Positions 25,758 through 34,621 of a DNA stretch of 45,410 bases are shown here, in pieces. Both the position numbers and the translations under genes were made by a program. Within the stretch, counting starts at the first letter, position 1. Each line of letters starts with the position of its first letter. Where the stretch lies: the IMG/VR virus record IMGVR_UViG_3300037851_000418, positions 1 through 45,410 of that record, one strand, 5' to 3'. Under the pieces are notes generated by a model. The model was given only the letters and a program-made list of their open reading frames with translations. It ran no database searches and was not told where the DNA came from. The DNA comes from a virus (taxonomy: Duplodnaviria; Caudoviricetes).

Positions 25758-25779
25758 TCGCAATAGCAAGGATATGCGA
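25758..25779 (+). promoter_or_regulatory. Hairpin with GCAAGGA loop (CsrA/RsmA-type site)
   Basis: TCGCAATA-GCAAGGA-TATGCGA upstream of the XRE gene RBS; shares TAGCAAGGAT with 15295-15304. Confidence 0.5.
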
Positions 25780-25802
25780 TTTCGAGGAGATAGGAGGAGA
25801 CG

Positions 25803-26198
25803 ATGATTGAAACATTCGGCGCCATCATCCGGAAGGCCCGGCGCGATCGCGAGCGCACCCTGGAGCAGGTCGCGAAGGCGATCCAGTCCCACAAGGGCTA
25901 CGTCTCGGGGATCGAGAACGGGAAGGTCCGCCCCCCGTCCCAGAGGATCACCCGGAAACTCTGCCGCTATCTCGGCCTCGACTACCAGGAGATGCTCGCC
26001 CTCGCCTGGTGGGAGAAGCGGCCGAAGGACCTCGGTATCCTCCCGGCAATGCGGCTCCTCGAGCGCATCAAGAACGAGAGCGCGCTGCTCAGGGCCGAGG
26101 AGGAGGCGAAGGTGCAGACGCCGGATATCGGCAAGGCGGCAGATGCCGGGAGGACCCTGGCGGCCCTCGCGCCGGCGCCGGCGACGAAGGAGGGGTAG
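25803..26198 (+). CDS. XRE-family HTH transcriptional regulator
   Basis: FGAIIRKARRDRERTLEQVAKAI...YVSGIENG; AGGAGGAG RBS. Confidence 0.88.
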   Translation: MIETFGAIIRKARRDRERTLEQVAKAIQSHKGYVSGIENGKVRPPSQRITRKLCRYLGLDYQEMLALAWWEKRPKDLGILPAMRLLERIKNESALLRAEEEAKVQTPDIGKAADAGRTLAALAPAPATKEG

Positions 26199-26250
26199 CC
26201 TGCGGATGTCCCGCAGGATCGAGATAGGAAACCAGTTAGGAGAGACGGAG

Positions 26251-26622
26251 ATGCCCAAGAAATTCGAAGGCGACCTGGAGGTAACCCTCTCATCGAGGGG
26301 AAGGAAGGTCAAGATCCGGCCCCAGCAGGAGTTCCCCAACTTCCGCCCCGATGCGATCAAGGACATCGACGAGGCGGCCGATGATTACCGCTCCGCGTGC
26401 GACGAGCTCAAGGAGGCCCAGGGAGTCAAGAAGCAGCGGGCCGAGGAACTCGCCGCAAGGATGGCGAAGTACAACGTCCCCCTCTACCGCCTGGACGACG
26501 ACTACGTCCTGGCCCTCGAGGACAAGCGCAGCGTCTCGCTCAAGAAGATCAAGAGCCTGCGGGCCAAGGCCGCGCCCCAGGAAGGGGACGCCACGAAGGC
26601 GGAGCTCGCCGGCCATGAGTAG
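26251..26622 (+). CDS. Hypothetical protein
   Basis: 123 aa MPKKFEGD...; purine-rich RBS. Confidence 0.65.
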   Translation: MPKKFEGDLEVTLSSRGRKVKIRPQQEFPNFRPDAIKDIDEAADDYRSACDELKEAQGVKKQRAEELAARMAKYNVPLYRLDDDYVLALEDKRSVSLKKIKSLRAKAAPQEGDATKAELAGHE

Positions 26623-26983
26623 CCCGACCCAGCGCAGCCTGAAGCTCCTCCGCGAGGACGGGTTCGCGGCCGCCGTGGTGGAACACTGGAATCCCCACGC
26701 GTTCATCCGCCAGGACCTATTCGGCTGGATCGACATCATCGCCGTCCACCCAGCCCACCAGGGCGTCGCGGGCATCCAATGCACCTCGGGCGACAACGTG
26801 TCCGCGCGTGTCAAAAAGGCCAAGGGCAACGCGGCGCTCCTCGCCTGGCTCGCCGCCGGCAACACCTTGGCCGTCCACGGCTGGGTCAAGAAGAAGGCCG
26901 TGAAGCCCGACGGCACGCTCACGAAGCGCGAGGTCTGGGCGGTGAGGACGGTGCCGGTCACGAGGGAGGAAGTTGGGGGATAG
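26615..26983 (+). CDS. PD-(D/E)XK nuclease (Holliday junction resolvase-like)
   Basis: ATG 26615; QDLFGWIDIIAV...GIQCTS; 122 aa. Confidence 0.7.
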   Translation: MSSPTQRSLKLLREDGFAAAVVEHWNPHAFIRQDLFGWIDIIAVHPAHQGVAGIQCTSGDNVSARVKKAKGNAALLAWLAAGNTLAVHGWVKKKAVKPDGTLTKREVWAVRTVPVTREEVGG

Positions 26984-26986
26984 ACG

Positions 26987-27913
26987 ATGGCTTGGATTCA
27001 GCTTCACCAGGAGCTCCCGGATCACCCGAAGCTCCTCCACCTGGCCCAGCTCCTCGGCCTGGACGATCCGGATGTCGCTCGGGCGAAGCTCGAAAACCTG
27101 TGGCTGTGGTGCGCCTCCTACTGCGTTCACGGTCGCCTCACGGTCGCCCACGGGGGGGGTCACGCCCCTCTCACGCCCCTCCAGGTAGCTCGGGCCGCTC
27201 GCTGGCACGGTGACCCCACGCTCCTCTTACGGTCACTCATCGAGTCCGGATGGATCGACTCAGTGCAGGGTGGGCCCGGAGGGGCTACGTTGCAAATCCA
27301 TGACTGGCAAGACTATGCAGGGAAGTACATAGAGCTTCGTGCGCGTAACGCTGACCGCATGAGAAAGGCACGCGCGACTCACGTGCAACACACGTTACGC
27401 GCACGTGCGGGGCAAGAGGAGACAACAGCAGCAGAGAGGAGAGGAGAGGAGACAACAGCAGCAGAGAGGACCGGGGATTCCATCCCCCGGGGCCCCTCCT
27501 CCACGACTCCCGGCCCATCGAGCGCCATCCGCCATCCCACGTTAGAACGACCGAACTACCGGATCGGATTGCGGCTGCTTGCTGCTGCTGCTCCGGACTT
27601 GGGGGAAGAGGTTAAAGCCAGCGCGGCCGTTGAGTTACCCATCAGGGAAATCACGGCGATCCGGCTCGAGGCCCAGGCTCAGCGTAACCCCGCCGGCTGG
27701 GTGCGACGCGCCATCGAGAAGCGGTGGAAGCGGGACGCGGAGATACCGCCCGAAGTTCAAGACGAGCTGCTCACAGAGATCGAGAGGGGCAACGGGGCTC
27801 CTTTGGAGATTCCCCGCGTCTGCCGCTCCCCACGTCCCCGCCTCGACGGGGAGAGTGAGGACGATTATCTCCGGCGAGTGGAGGCCGCGAAGAAGGGGGA
27901 GGCCAAGACGTGA
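26987..27913 (+). CDS. Phage replication initiator protein
   Basis: MAWIQLH...HPK...LWLW...IHDWQDY...RMRKAR N-terminal domain; internal repeat cluster as in lambda O-type genes. Confidence 0.75.
   Translation: MAWIQLHQELPDHPKLLHLAQLLGLDDPDVARAKLENLWLWCASYCVHGRLTVAHGGGHAPLTPLQVARAARWHGDPTLLLRSLIESGWIDSVQGGPGGATLQIHDWQDYAGKYIELRARNADRMRKARATHVQHTLRARAGQEETTAAERRGEETTAAERTGDSIPRGPSSTTPGPSSAIRHPTLERPNYRIGLRLLAAAAPDLGEEVKASAAVELPIREITAIRLEAQAQRNPAGWVRRAIEKRWKRDAEIPPEVQDELLTEIERGNGAPLEIPRVCRSPRPRLDGESEDDYLRRVEAAKKGEAKT
27369..27470. repeat. Putative replication origin
   Basis: CACG at 27369/27380/27391/27402 (11-bp period), then a 26-bp purine-rich direct repeat at 27415-27440 and 27445-27470. 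Confidence 0.65.
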
Positions 27914-28194
27914 GCCGTTACCGTCGCCACCGGCGGAAACACCAAGGGGAGAGCACGATCTGCAACCCGAATCCCCATTGCCGGAGCTGCCTGGGGACGG
28001 GCTGGGTTCAGGATGAGCAGCTCTCGCCGATCACTCGGGAGACGACCGAGGGGCCGGTGAGGTACGCGCCCCCGATGAGGCGCTGCTCATGCGTCTACAG
28101 GAATTCGGGCTCAGGAGACGGACCACCGAAGCCCGAGGATATGCCTGGGGCGATCGACCAGATGCAGCGGGCATCGGGAGAGAGAAGGGAATAA
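27910..28194 (+). CDS. Small Zn-binding protein
   Basis: C...CRSCLGTGW...RRCSC; GTGA overlap with rep. Confidence 0.65.
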   Translation: MSRYRRHRRKHQGESTICNPNPHCRSCLGTGWVQDEQLSPITRETTEGPVRYAPPMRRCSCVYRNSGSGDGPPKPEDMPGAIDQMQRASGERRE

Positions 28195-28517
28195 TGATCC
28201 GAGTACCTAAGACGCATAAGCCCCGCGATCCTATCTTCGATCGCGAGAACTGGATCAGACATGGGATCGACGCACTGCAACGAGAGCGGGCCATCGAACG
28301 CAAGATGCGGCTCGTCCCCATCTGGTCGGATATGTGGTGGCGCTATCTTGCCAAGCTCGACGACGTGAGGACAGAGAGAATACGCGAGAGGCTGTTCGAG
28401 GCTGTTGAGTTAGTCGAGGCCTATCATGCGAGCAAGAGCGCAAAGCGTCCTAAGTCGTTTGATTTCGCAGAGCCTACCAAGGACTTACGCACGGGTCCTT
28501 CCTGGAGGGGCGAATGA
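28194..28517 (+). CDS. Hypothetical protein
   Basis: TAATG coupling; 107 aa. Confidence 0.55.
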   Translation: MIRVPKTHKPRDPIFDRENWIRHGIDALQRERAIERKMRLVPIWSDMWWRYLAKLDDVRTERIRERLFEAVELVEAYHASKSAKRPKSFDFAEPTKDLRTGPSWRGE

Positions 28518-28530
28518 TGGGGCCCCTTGG
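28475..28530 (+). other. Putative cos packaging region (cosQ-like GGGTCCT at 28493-28499)
   Basis: ACGGGTCCTT as at lambda cosQ; IHF-like TACCAAGGACTTA at 28475-28487; lies upstream of the nuclease and terminase genes. Confidence 0.55.
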
Positions 28531-28577
28531 TTTACGTGGTTTTGAGATATGAACGTGTCGGAATAGGAGTCGTCGTC

Positions 28578-29039
28578 ATGAATGAGCAGGACGCCGAGGA
28601 GCTGAGGAAGTATCTCGAGGCCAAGGGCGAGCGGGCCCGTGAAGCCTCCCTCATCCGGAAGTACGGGATCGACGCAGAGGACTACGGCCGAATGCTGGCC
28701 CGCCAGGACGGGAGGTGCCTGATCTGCGGAAGCATCGGGAGCGTCCGGTGGAACCCGAGGGCCGGAGACTACCAGACGCAACGCCTCGTCGTCGACCACG
28801 ATCACAAGACGGGCAAGATCCGGGGCCTCCTATGCCACGGATGCAACGGCCTGCTCGGGGAGATAGAGGCCAGGCCCGGGAGGCCGAACGCTCCGCTCGT
28901 CACGGCCGGCCAGGGGGAGCCCCCTTGTGTGGACCCGGCGCTCACGGGCGAGGACAGGATCAGGGCGGTCTGCCGGGCGAGCTGGCGGGAGCACCTGGCG
29001 GACCGCGTGATTCTCTACCTGGAGGGCAAGCTCGCGTGA
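28578..29039 (+). CDS. Endonuclease VII-family HNH nuclease
   Basis: KYGI...QDGRCLIC...VDHDHKTGKIRGLLCHGCN; AGGAG RBS. Confidence 0.9.
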   Translation: MNEQDAEELRKYLEAKGERAREASLIRKYGIDAEDYGRMLARQDGRCLICGSIGSVRWNPRAGDYQTQRLVVDHDHKTGKIRGLLCHGCNGLLGEIEARPGRPNAPLVTAGQGEPPCVDPALTGEDRIRAVCRASWREHLADRVILYLEGKLA

Positions 29040-29503
29040 AGAGTCGGCAGCGTGAGCCCGTGGTGACGGGGGCGGAGATCCGCCGGCGCCTGGGGATTGT
29101 CGACCGGACGATGAGCCGGTGGTTCGCGGCCGGGCTCCCGGTGGTCTCGCGGGACCAGGCGGGGAGGAATCCCCGGGTAAAGCTCTGGGACCTGGCGAAG
29201 TGGCTCCACGACAAGGACGCGGGGATAGACGACCCGGACCTGACGCACGGTGGAGGGACTTCGGCGAACCTGGAGAAGTACCGGAAGGAGAAGGCGCGGC
29301 AGGCGAAGCGGGAGAACGACGTGGCGGAGGGGCGGCTGGTGGACGTCGAGGAAGTATGGCGCATCCAGGGCGAGGTCTTCGGGGCTATGGGTCGGGAGCT
29401 GGAAGCGGTAGAGCGGGTGCATGGGCCGGCGGTGGGCCAGGCGATCCGTGAGGCGCTCGCTCGGGCTCGGGAGTCCGGGAGGAAGGGAGGGCTCGTCTCG
29501 TGA
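29036..29503 (+). CDS. Terminase small subunit (Nu1-like)
   Basis: N-terminal wHTH (RRLGIVDRTMSRW...GLP), coiled coil, GRLVD motif; GTGA overlaps. Confidence 0.78.
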   Translation: MKSRQREPVVTGAEIRRRLGIVDRTMSRWFAAGLPVVSRDQAGRNPRVKLWDLAKWLHDKDAGIDDPDLTHGGGTSANLEKYRKEKARQAKRENDVAEGRLVDVEEVWRIQGEVFGAMGRELEAVERVHGPAVGQAIREALARARESGRKGGLVS

Positions 29504-31476
29504 CGATCTCCCCCGTCCTGGAGTCCAGGTTATGGGAACGGCCCTTCGACGCCAGCCAGCCGGCGCCGCATCGGAGTATGGTCCAGTTCGCCGAGGACGA
29601 GCTGGTCCTGACGACGGGCCCCCGGCGAGGCCTGCGGTTCCGCGCGGACTTCATGCCCTGGTCGCGCCTGGTACTCGAGGAGTTCGATCGGGGGCGGTTC
29701 CGGCGGTTCTTCCTGTCGGGCTCGGTCCAGAGCGGGAAGACCCTGATCGGGTTCGTGCTGCCGACGATGTATCACCTGTTCGAGCTGGGGGAGACGGTCA
29801 TCGTGGGGGTCCCGAAGATCGACCTCGCCCAGGGGATCTACGAGGAGCGGATCCTCCCATCCATCCAGGTCTCGCGGTACGCGGAGCTCGTGCCGACGAG
29901 GGGCCCGGGGTCGCGCGGGGGGAAGATCACGTCGGCGATCCGGTTCGGGAACGGCGCCACCCTGCGCTTCATGGGCGCCGGCGGAGGCGACGCCCAGAGG
30001 TCGAGCTTCACCGCCCGCGTGGTGGTCCTGACCGAGATCGACAAGATGGACGAACCGGGGAAGGCCTCGCGGGAGGCCGATCCGGTGACGCAGATCGAGG
30101 CGAGGACTCGGGCGTTCGGGGATCGCGCGCGGGTGTACGCGGAGTGCACGATGTCGACCGAGCACGGGCGCATCTTTCGGGAGGTCTCCGAGTACGGGAC
30201 GGATACGCGGCTCGTATTCCGCTGTCCGCGGTGCCGGCGGCCGGTGGCCCTGGAGCGGGAGGGGTTCGGGGGCTGGCAGGAGGCTGCGGACCTCCCGGCC
30301 GCCCGGGAGGGGGCGTACTACGCCTGCCCGGGGTGCGGCGCCCACTGGGCGGAGGTGGACCGCCAGGCGGCCCTCCGGGAGCCCGCCCTGCTCTCCCGGG
30401 GCCAGACGGTGGACCCGGGGACGGGGGAGATCACGGGCGCGCCGCCGGCGACGGACACGTTCGGGCTCCGGTGGACGGCGCTCGCATCGGGGCTCCTGAC
30501 GATGGCCGACATCGCGGAGGCGGAGTACCGGGCGGAGCGGTCCGCGAGCGTGGAGGACCAGAAGGCGCTCGCGCAGTTCACCTGGGCGCTTCCGTTCCGG
30601 GAGGAGATCCTGGACGTGGCGCGGCCGCGGATGGAGACGATCCTCCAGAAGATGACGCAGGTCGAGCGCGGCGTCATCCCGGAGGGGACGGAGAAGCTCA
30701 CGCTCGCGATCGACGTCGGGTCGTACGTGATCTGGTGGGCGCTCGTGGCCTGGCGCGGGGAGGCCCTGGGGCACGTCGTCGACTTCGGGAGCGTGAAGGT
30801 CCCGCTCGTGGAGGACGCGAGGAATCCGAAGGCGGTGATGGATTGCCTTCGGGCGTTCCGGGATGAGGTCATCCTCCCGGGGTGGGCAGGAGGCCGCCGG
30901 CCGGATCTCGTCGTCGTGGACTCGGGGTACGAGCAGGAGGTCGTCTACCGCTGGGTCGTCGAGAGCGGCCAGGGGCGCTATCTCGCCTGCCGCGGGTTCG
31001 GGACCTCGTCGCGGCATGGGATGTGGCACGCGGGCGCGCAGTCGTCCCCGACGCGGCAGATGGGGAACGAGTGGAGGATTTCCCTCCAGGCGTTCGGGAT
31101 CAAGCTCCTGGAGATCCACGCGGACCCGTGGAAGACGGCCGTCCACGAGGGCTTCGCGGCGGCGCACGGCGCCCCGGGGTCCATCACGGTCTACCGGGGG
31201 AACGCGAACGACCAGGGGATGAGGGACTTCGCGCGGCAGATCGTGGCGGAGCAGAGGGAGGCCGATCCGGCGGCGAAGGACAAGGAGCTGAAGATACGGT
31301 GGGTCGTGCTCTCGAAGAGGAATCACTTCCTGGACTGCATGGCCTACGCGCGGGCGGGGGCGGACCTGCTCGGGATCAAGCTCGTGCGGATCAAGAGGCC
31401 GGAGAAGAAGGCGGCTCCTCCGCCAGCGAAGCCCGAGGTCGTGAGCGAGAAGGCGAAGATAAGGACGAAGTATTGA
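29500..31476 (+). CDS. Terminase large subunit, lambda GpA family
   Basis: Walker A GSVQSGKT, Walker B VVLTEID, CPRC/CPGC Zn motifs, AIDVG, NHFLDC. Confidence 0.92.
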   Translation: MTISPVLESRLWERPFDASQPAPHRSMVQFAEDELVLTTGPRRGLRFRADFMPWSRLVLEEFDRGRFRRFFLSGSVQSGKTLIGFVLPTMYHLFELGETVIVGVPKIDLAQGIYEERILPSIQVSRYAELVPTRGPGSRGGKITSAIRFGNGATLRFMGAGGGDAQRSSFTARVVVLTEIDKMDEPGKASREADPVTQIEARTRAFGDRARVYAECTMSTEHGRIFREVSEYGTDTRLVFRCPRCRRPVALEREGFGGWQEAADLPAAREGAYYACPGCGAHWAEVDRQAALREPALLSRGQTVDPGTGEITGAPPATDTFGLRWTALASGLLTMADIAEAEYRAERSASVEDQKALAQFTWALPFREEILDVARPRMETILQKMTQVERGVIPEGTEKLTLAIDVGSYVIWWALVAWRGEALGHVVDFGSVKVPLVEDARNPKAVMDCLRAFRDEVILPGWAGGRRPDLVVVDSGYEQEVVYRWVVESGQGRYLACRGFGTSSRHGMWHAGAQSSPTRQMGNEWRISLQAFGIKLLEIHADPWKTAVHEGFAAAHGAPGSITVYRGNANDQGMRDFARQIVAEQREADPAAKDKELKIRWVVLSKRNHFLDCMAYARAGADLLGIKLVRIKRPEKKAAPPPAKPEVVSEKAKIRTKY

Positions 31477-31697
31477 TGGTCAAGCGATTCGTTTCGTTCG
31501 AGCGCACGGAGGAGGCGAAGCACGTCCGCTCCGATGAGGAGCGTTTCGTTTGGGCCTTCTTCCATTTCATGGCCCGGGGCGCGCTCGATTCGGAGTCCAA
31601 AGTGGCGAAGGAATGGGAGAAGTACAAGACAGATCGCGGATGGGAGGGCTTGGAAGTGTGGAGGAACGGGAAGGGCGAATGGGAAGCGAGAAGATAG
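31476..31697 (+). CDS. Hypothetical protein
   Basis: TGATG coupling; 73 aa. Confidence 0.55.
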   Translation: MVKRFVSFERTEEAKHVRSDEERFVWAFFHFMARGALDSESKVAKEWEKYKTDRGWEGLEVWRNGKGEWEARR

Positions 31698-31721
31698 GTA
31701 TGGGTTGCGGAGCTTCGCAAG

Positions 31722-31922
31722 GTGCTGGTGGAATCCCTTGAGGAGGTAAGGAGGGGAAAGATGGATTCAAGGAAGGCTTCCTCCATCTCGGCCCTTTCTG
31801 GCCAGGTTCTACGTTCCTGCCGACTCGACCTGGAGTTCATCCGGCTCCAGAGGTCGAGCGGGAAATTCAGCGGAGGATGCGGCTCGATGCGGCTGCTCGG
31901 TCCGGTCCCGAAGATGCGGTAG
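31722..31922 (+). CDS. Small helical hypothetical protein (start uncertain)
   Basis: 66 aa; same frame as the upstream gene. Confidence 0.45.
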   Translation: MLVESLEEVRRGKMDSRKASSISALSGQVLRSCRLDLEFIRLQRSSGKFSGGCGSMRLLGPVPKMR

Positions 31923-31933
31923 TATCTTACCTC

Positions 31934-31971
31934 CCCGGGGTAGGGCCCGCATGGACTACCCCGGGTTATTT
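31934..31971 (+). terminator. Intrinsic terminator upstream of the Ogr-like gene
   Basis: Perfect 10-bp stem CCCGGGGTAG/CTACCCCGGG followed by TTATTT. Confidence 0.6.
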
Positions 31972-31992
31972 GATGGAGACAGGAGGATAAAG

Positions 31993-32256
31993 ATGAAGAA
32001 GCCCAAGTTACTCGAACCGAAGCCGATGATGTCGAACGCGGCTTCCCCTCCCCCGCCGAAGGAGCCGAGCGCGGAGAAGGCCATCGCGGACACGGCGAAG
32101 GACATGGCGAGCTTCGCATTCCCGACGAAGGTTCGCTGCCCGAGGTGCCGGTCGCTCGATACCGTGGCGACTGGAACGCGGGGTGAATTCCAGTATCGCC
32201 AGTGTCGCGCGGCGATCTGCCGAAACCATTTCAAAGTGCAGGGGATGAAGATATAG
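31993..32256 (+). CDS. Ogr/Delta-like zinc-finger late transcription activator
   Basis: AGGAGG RBS; CPRC...YRQCRAAICRNHF resembles the P2 Ogr Cys pattern; directly upstream of the head operon. Confidence 0.65.
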   Translation: MKKPKLLEPKPMMSNAASPPPPKEPSAEKAIADTAKDMASFAFPTKVRCPRCRSLDTVATGTRGEFQYRQCRAAICRNHFKVQGMKI

Positions 32257-32291
32257 GCCCCTTTCGGCCTCTAGCACCCCGTACAACGGAG

Positions 32292-32455
32292 TTCCAAGCC
32301 TTGGAATTAGCCGTCTTGTTTTTCTTGACATCATACCCTACCCTTACGTCGTAAGCGCAGGCGGCTGATCCCCGCCGATGGCTCCTGGGTGATAGGTCGT
32401 ACCACCCAGGGGCCTATCACCCAAGAGCCGCGCGTCCTGGGAGAGAGGACCGCGG
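32292..32455 (+). promoter_or_regulatory. Late promoter region and structured leader
   Basis: Dyad TTCCAAG-C-CTTGGAA, TTGACA at 32325 without a canonical -10, dyad CTTACG-T-CGTAAG, then three hairpins. Confidence 0.55.
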
Positions 32456-32734
32456 TTGCCGAGCCCGGCCTGGACGTATTCCGACTGGATCACCTACGAG
32501 GTCGGTAACTCCACCCGTCTCTCACGCCTCCGACTCCACATCCAGGAAGTCTCGGATCGCATCTCGAACGGTAACTTCCAGACCGAGGGCACGGCCCACA
32601 GCTACGACTTTCTCCAGGATTACCTCGAATCGCTCTCGGAGAAGGAAGTCGAGGAAGCCGCGCTCGTCAACGCCGGGTTGGGGAACCGCTGCTCGTTCAC
32701 TCGCGGCGTCCCCTACGGAAAGGCGGGGGCGTAG
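32456..32734 (+). CDS. gpW-like head-tail joining protein
   Basis: 92 aa, TTG start, immediately before the portal as in lambda; helix-hairpin-helix pattern. Confidence 0.55.
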   Translation: MPSPAWTYSDWITYEVGNSTRLSRLRLHIQEVSDRISNGNFQTEGTAHSYDFLQDYLESLSEKEVEEAALVNAGLGNRCSFTRGVPYGKAGA

Positions 32735-34621
32735 ATGGAAATCCTCAGCCGCCTTTTCGGGCGCCGCGGAGGCAACGGACAGGTTCCCGCGTCGCCGTCG
32801 CGATACGCTCCAGGCGCAGATACCGTCCGCCTGAAGGGCGCCTACTCCGCCCTCGGCTATCACGCCGTCCGCGTCGCCACGCGAGAGGGACGCCTTGGGA
32901 CTGCGGCCTCGGGCGATGCTCACGCGAAATACGACCGGCTCAAACTCCTCGACCTATCCCGCGAATTCTTCCGGGATAACGCGATTTACGGCGGCATGAT
33001 TTCCAAGGCCGCCGAGAACATCGCAGGGTCGGGCTTCGGGCTCCAGGCGAAAACCGGGAGCCCGGAGTGGAACTCGCAGGCCGAGTCGATCTGGCGGGGC
33101 TGGTGGAACGAGCAGAGCCCTGAGATCAAGGGCCTCCAGTCCGGGCCCGCCGTCGAGGAGATGGTCGCGCGCGAGCTGCTCCTCTGCGGCGACGTCGGCG
33201 CCATCAAGACCGACCGCGGGCTCCTCCAGCTCATCGAGGCCGAGCAGATCCGAGGCCCGGGGCTCATGGACGACGGGATCGTGAAGGATTCCGTCGGGGC
33301 CCCCGAGCAGTTCTACGTCGCGCCCTATCTCAGCCAGATATCCGGCGCCCCCTCCGTCTCGTCGGCGAAGAAGGTCGGCCGCGCCGACTTCCTCTTCATC
33401 GTCAAGCCCGAGCGTCCCTCCAGCATCCGGGGAGTGCCACCGGCCCAGGCCGCCTTCTCAATGCTCCACCGCGTCAACGACGTCTGCGACGCGGAGGCCC
33501 TGGCCTGGCAGCTCCTCTCCCGGATGGCCGTCTCGATCACGCGCGCGGGAGGGGCGAATCTCGCCTACCAGGAGACCGAGGACGACGACACGAAGGACCA
33601 GACGGCGGACCTGGCCTCGCGCGTCCACTACGTCGACGGCGGCCTGATCTTCCACGGCGAGCCCGGCGAGGAAGTGAAGGGCATCGACCGGAATATCCCG
33701 GGGAAGGATTTCACCGCCTCGCTCACGACCTTCCTCCGCCTGCTCGGGCTTCCCCTGGGGCTCCCCCTCGAGTTCATCCTCTTGGACTGGACCAAGAGCA
33801 ACTACAGCCAGGCGCGGGCCATTCTCGAGCAGGCCCACGCGAGCTTCGCGAAGTGGCAGGCCCTCCTCGAGTTCGGCTTCCACCGGCCCGCCTATGCCTG
33901 GCGGATCTCCCGCGCGATCACCGCCGGCGAGCTGAAGCCGCGCGAGGACTGGAACGCCCACGAGTGGATCAAGCCGCGCTTCCCCTGGATCGACCAGCTC
34001 AAGGAAGCGCAGGCGATGGGGACGCAGATCGAGCGGTCCTTCGCGACGCAGGCCCAGGTCCTCAAGAGCCAGGGGCTCGACCGCGAGGAGGTCCTCACCC
34101 AGCGCGAGACGGAGGTCCAGGACGCCATCGAGCGCGCGAAGAAGATCGAGAAGAAGACTGGCGAGAAGGTCCCCTGGCAGATCTTCGCGGGCCTCCCCGT
34201 GAGCGTGAGTCCCGCGGCGGCCCCACAACCGGGAGATGACAAGGAGGAGAATGAAAGCGATCGCGAGGAGAAAAAGGACGACAAGGGCGCAAGCCAGGTC
34301 GTGAGGCTCAAGACGGAGCACGTTCACCGGATCGAGATCCCTCCCCCGAACGTGGCGGTCACGAACGAGATCAAGGTCCCGCCCTCCCAGGTTACTGTCC
34401 AGCCGGCCGACATTCTCGTGCCTCCGCCGACGATCAACGTCCAACCCTCAGAGGTCGCGATCGAGAATCAGGTCCATCCGGCGCCAGTCAATCCAACTCC
34501 GATAACAGTCGAATCGAAGCCGAATATCTTTCTCCCCCAGCGGAAGAAGAAAGGGCCCATGAAGATATGCCGGGACAAAGAGGGCGGATACAAGATCGAG
34601 GAACTGGAGGAGGGCGATTAG
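32735..34621 (+). CDS. Portal protein, lambda family, with Pro/Val-rich C-terminal extension
   Basis: RDNA...G.GF.LQ, LQLIEAEQI, RPSSIRGVP, DWTKSNYSQAR, WIDQLKE motifs. Confidence 0.9.
   Translation: MEILSRLFGRRGGNGQVPASPSRYAPGADTVRLKGAYSALGYHAVRVATREGRLGTAASGDAHAKYDRLKLLDLSREFFRDNAIYGGMISKAAENIAGSGFGLQAKTGSPEWNSQAESIWRGWWNEQSPEIKGLQSGPAVEEMVARELLLCGDVGAIKTDRGLLQLIEAEQIRGPGLMDDGIVKDSVGAPEQFYVAPYLSQISGAPSVSSAKKVGRADFLFIVKPERPSSIRGVPPAQAAFSMLHRVNDVCDAEALAWQLLSRMAVSITRAGGANLAYQETEDDDTKDQTADLASRVHYVDGGLIFHGEPGEEVKGIDRNIPGKDFTASLTTFLRLLGLPLGLPLEFILLDWTKSNYSQARAILEQAHASFAKWQALLEFGFHRPAYAWRISRAITAGELKPREDWNAHEWIKPRFPWIDQLKEAQAMGTQIERSFATQAQVLKSQGLDREEVLTQRETEVQDAIERAKKIEKKTGEKVPWQIFAGLPVSVSPAAAPQPGDDKEENESDREEKKDDKGASQVVRLKTEHVHRIEIPPPNVAVTNEIKVPPSQVTVQPADILVPPPTINVQPSEVAIENQVHPAPVNPTPITVESKPNIFLPQRKKKGPMKICRDKEGGYKIEELEEGD

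Noticed and set aside
31695-31722. Possible TAG read-through fusing 31476-31697 to 31722-31922
   Set aside because: Same frame, but an in-frame GTG start exists and many other genes end cleanly in TAG, so there is no support for recoding.
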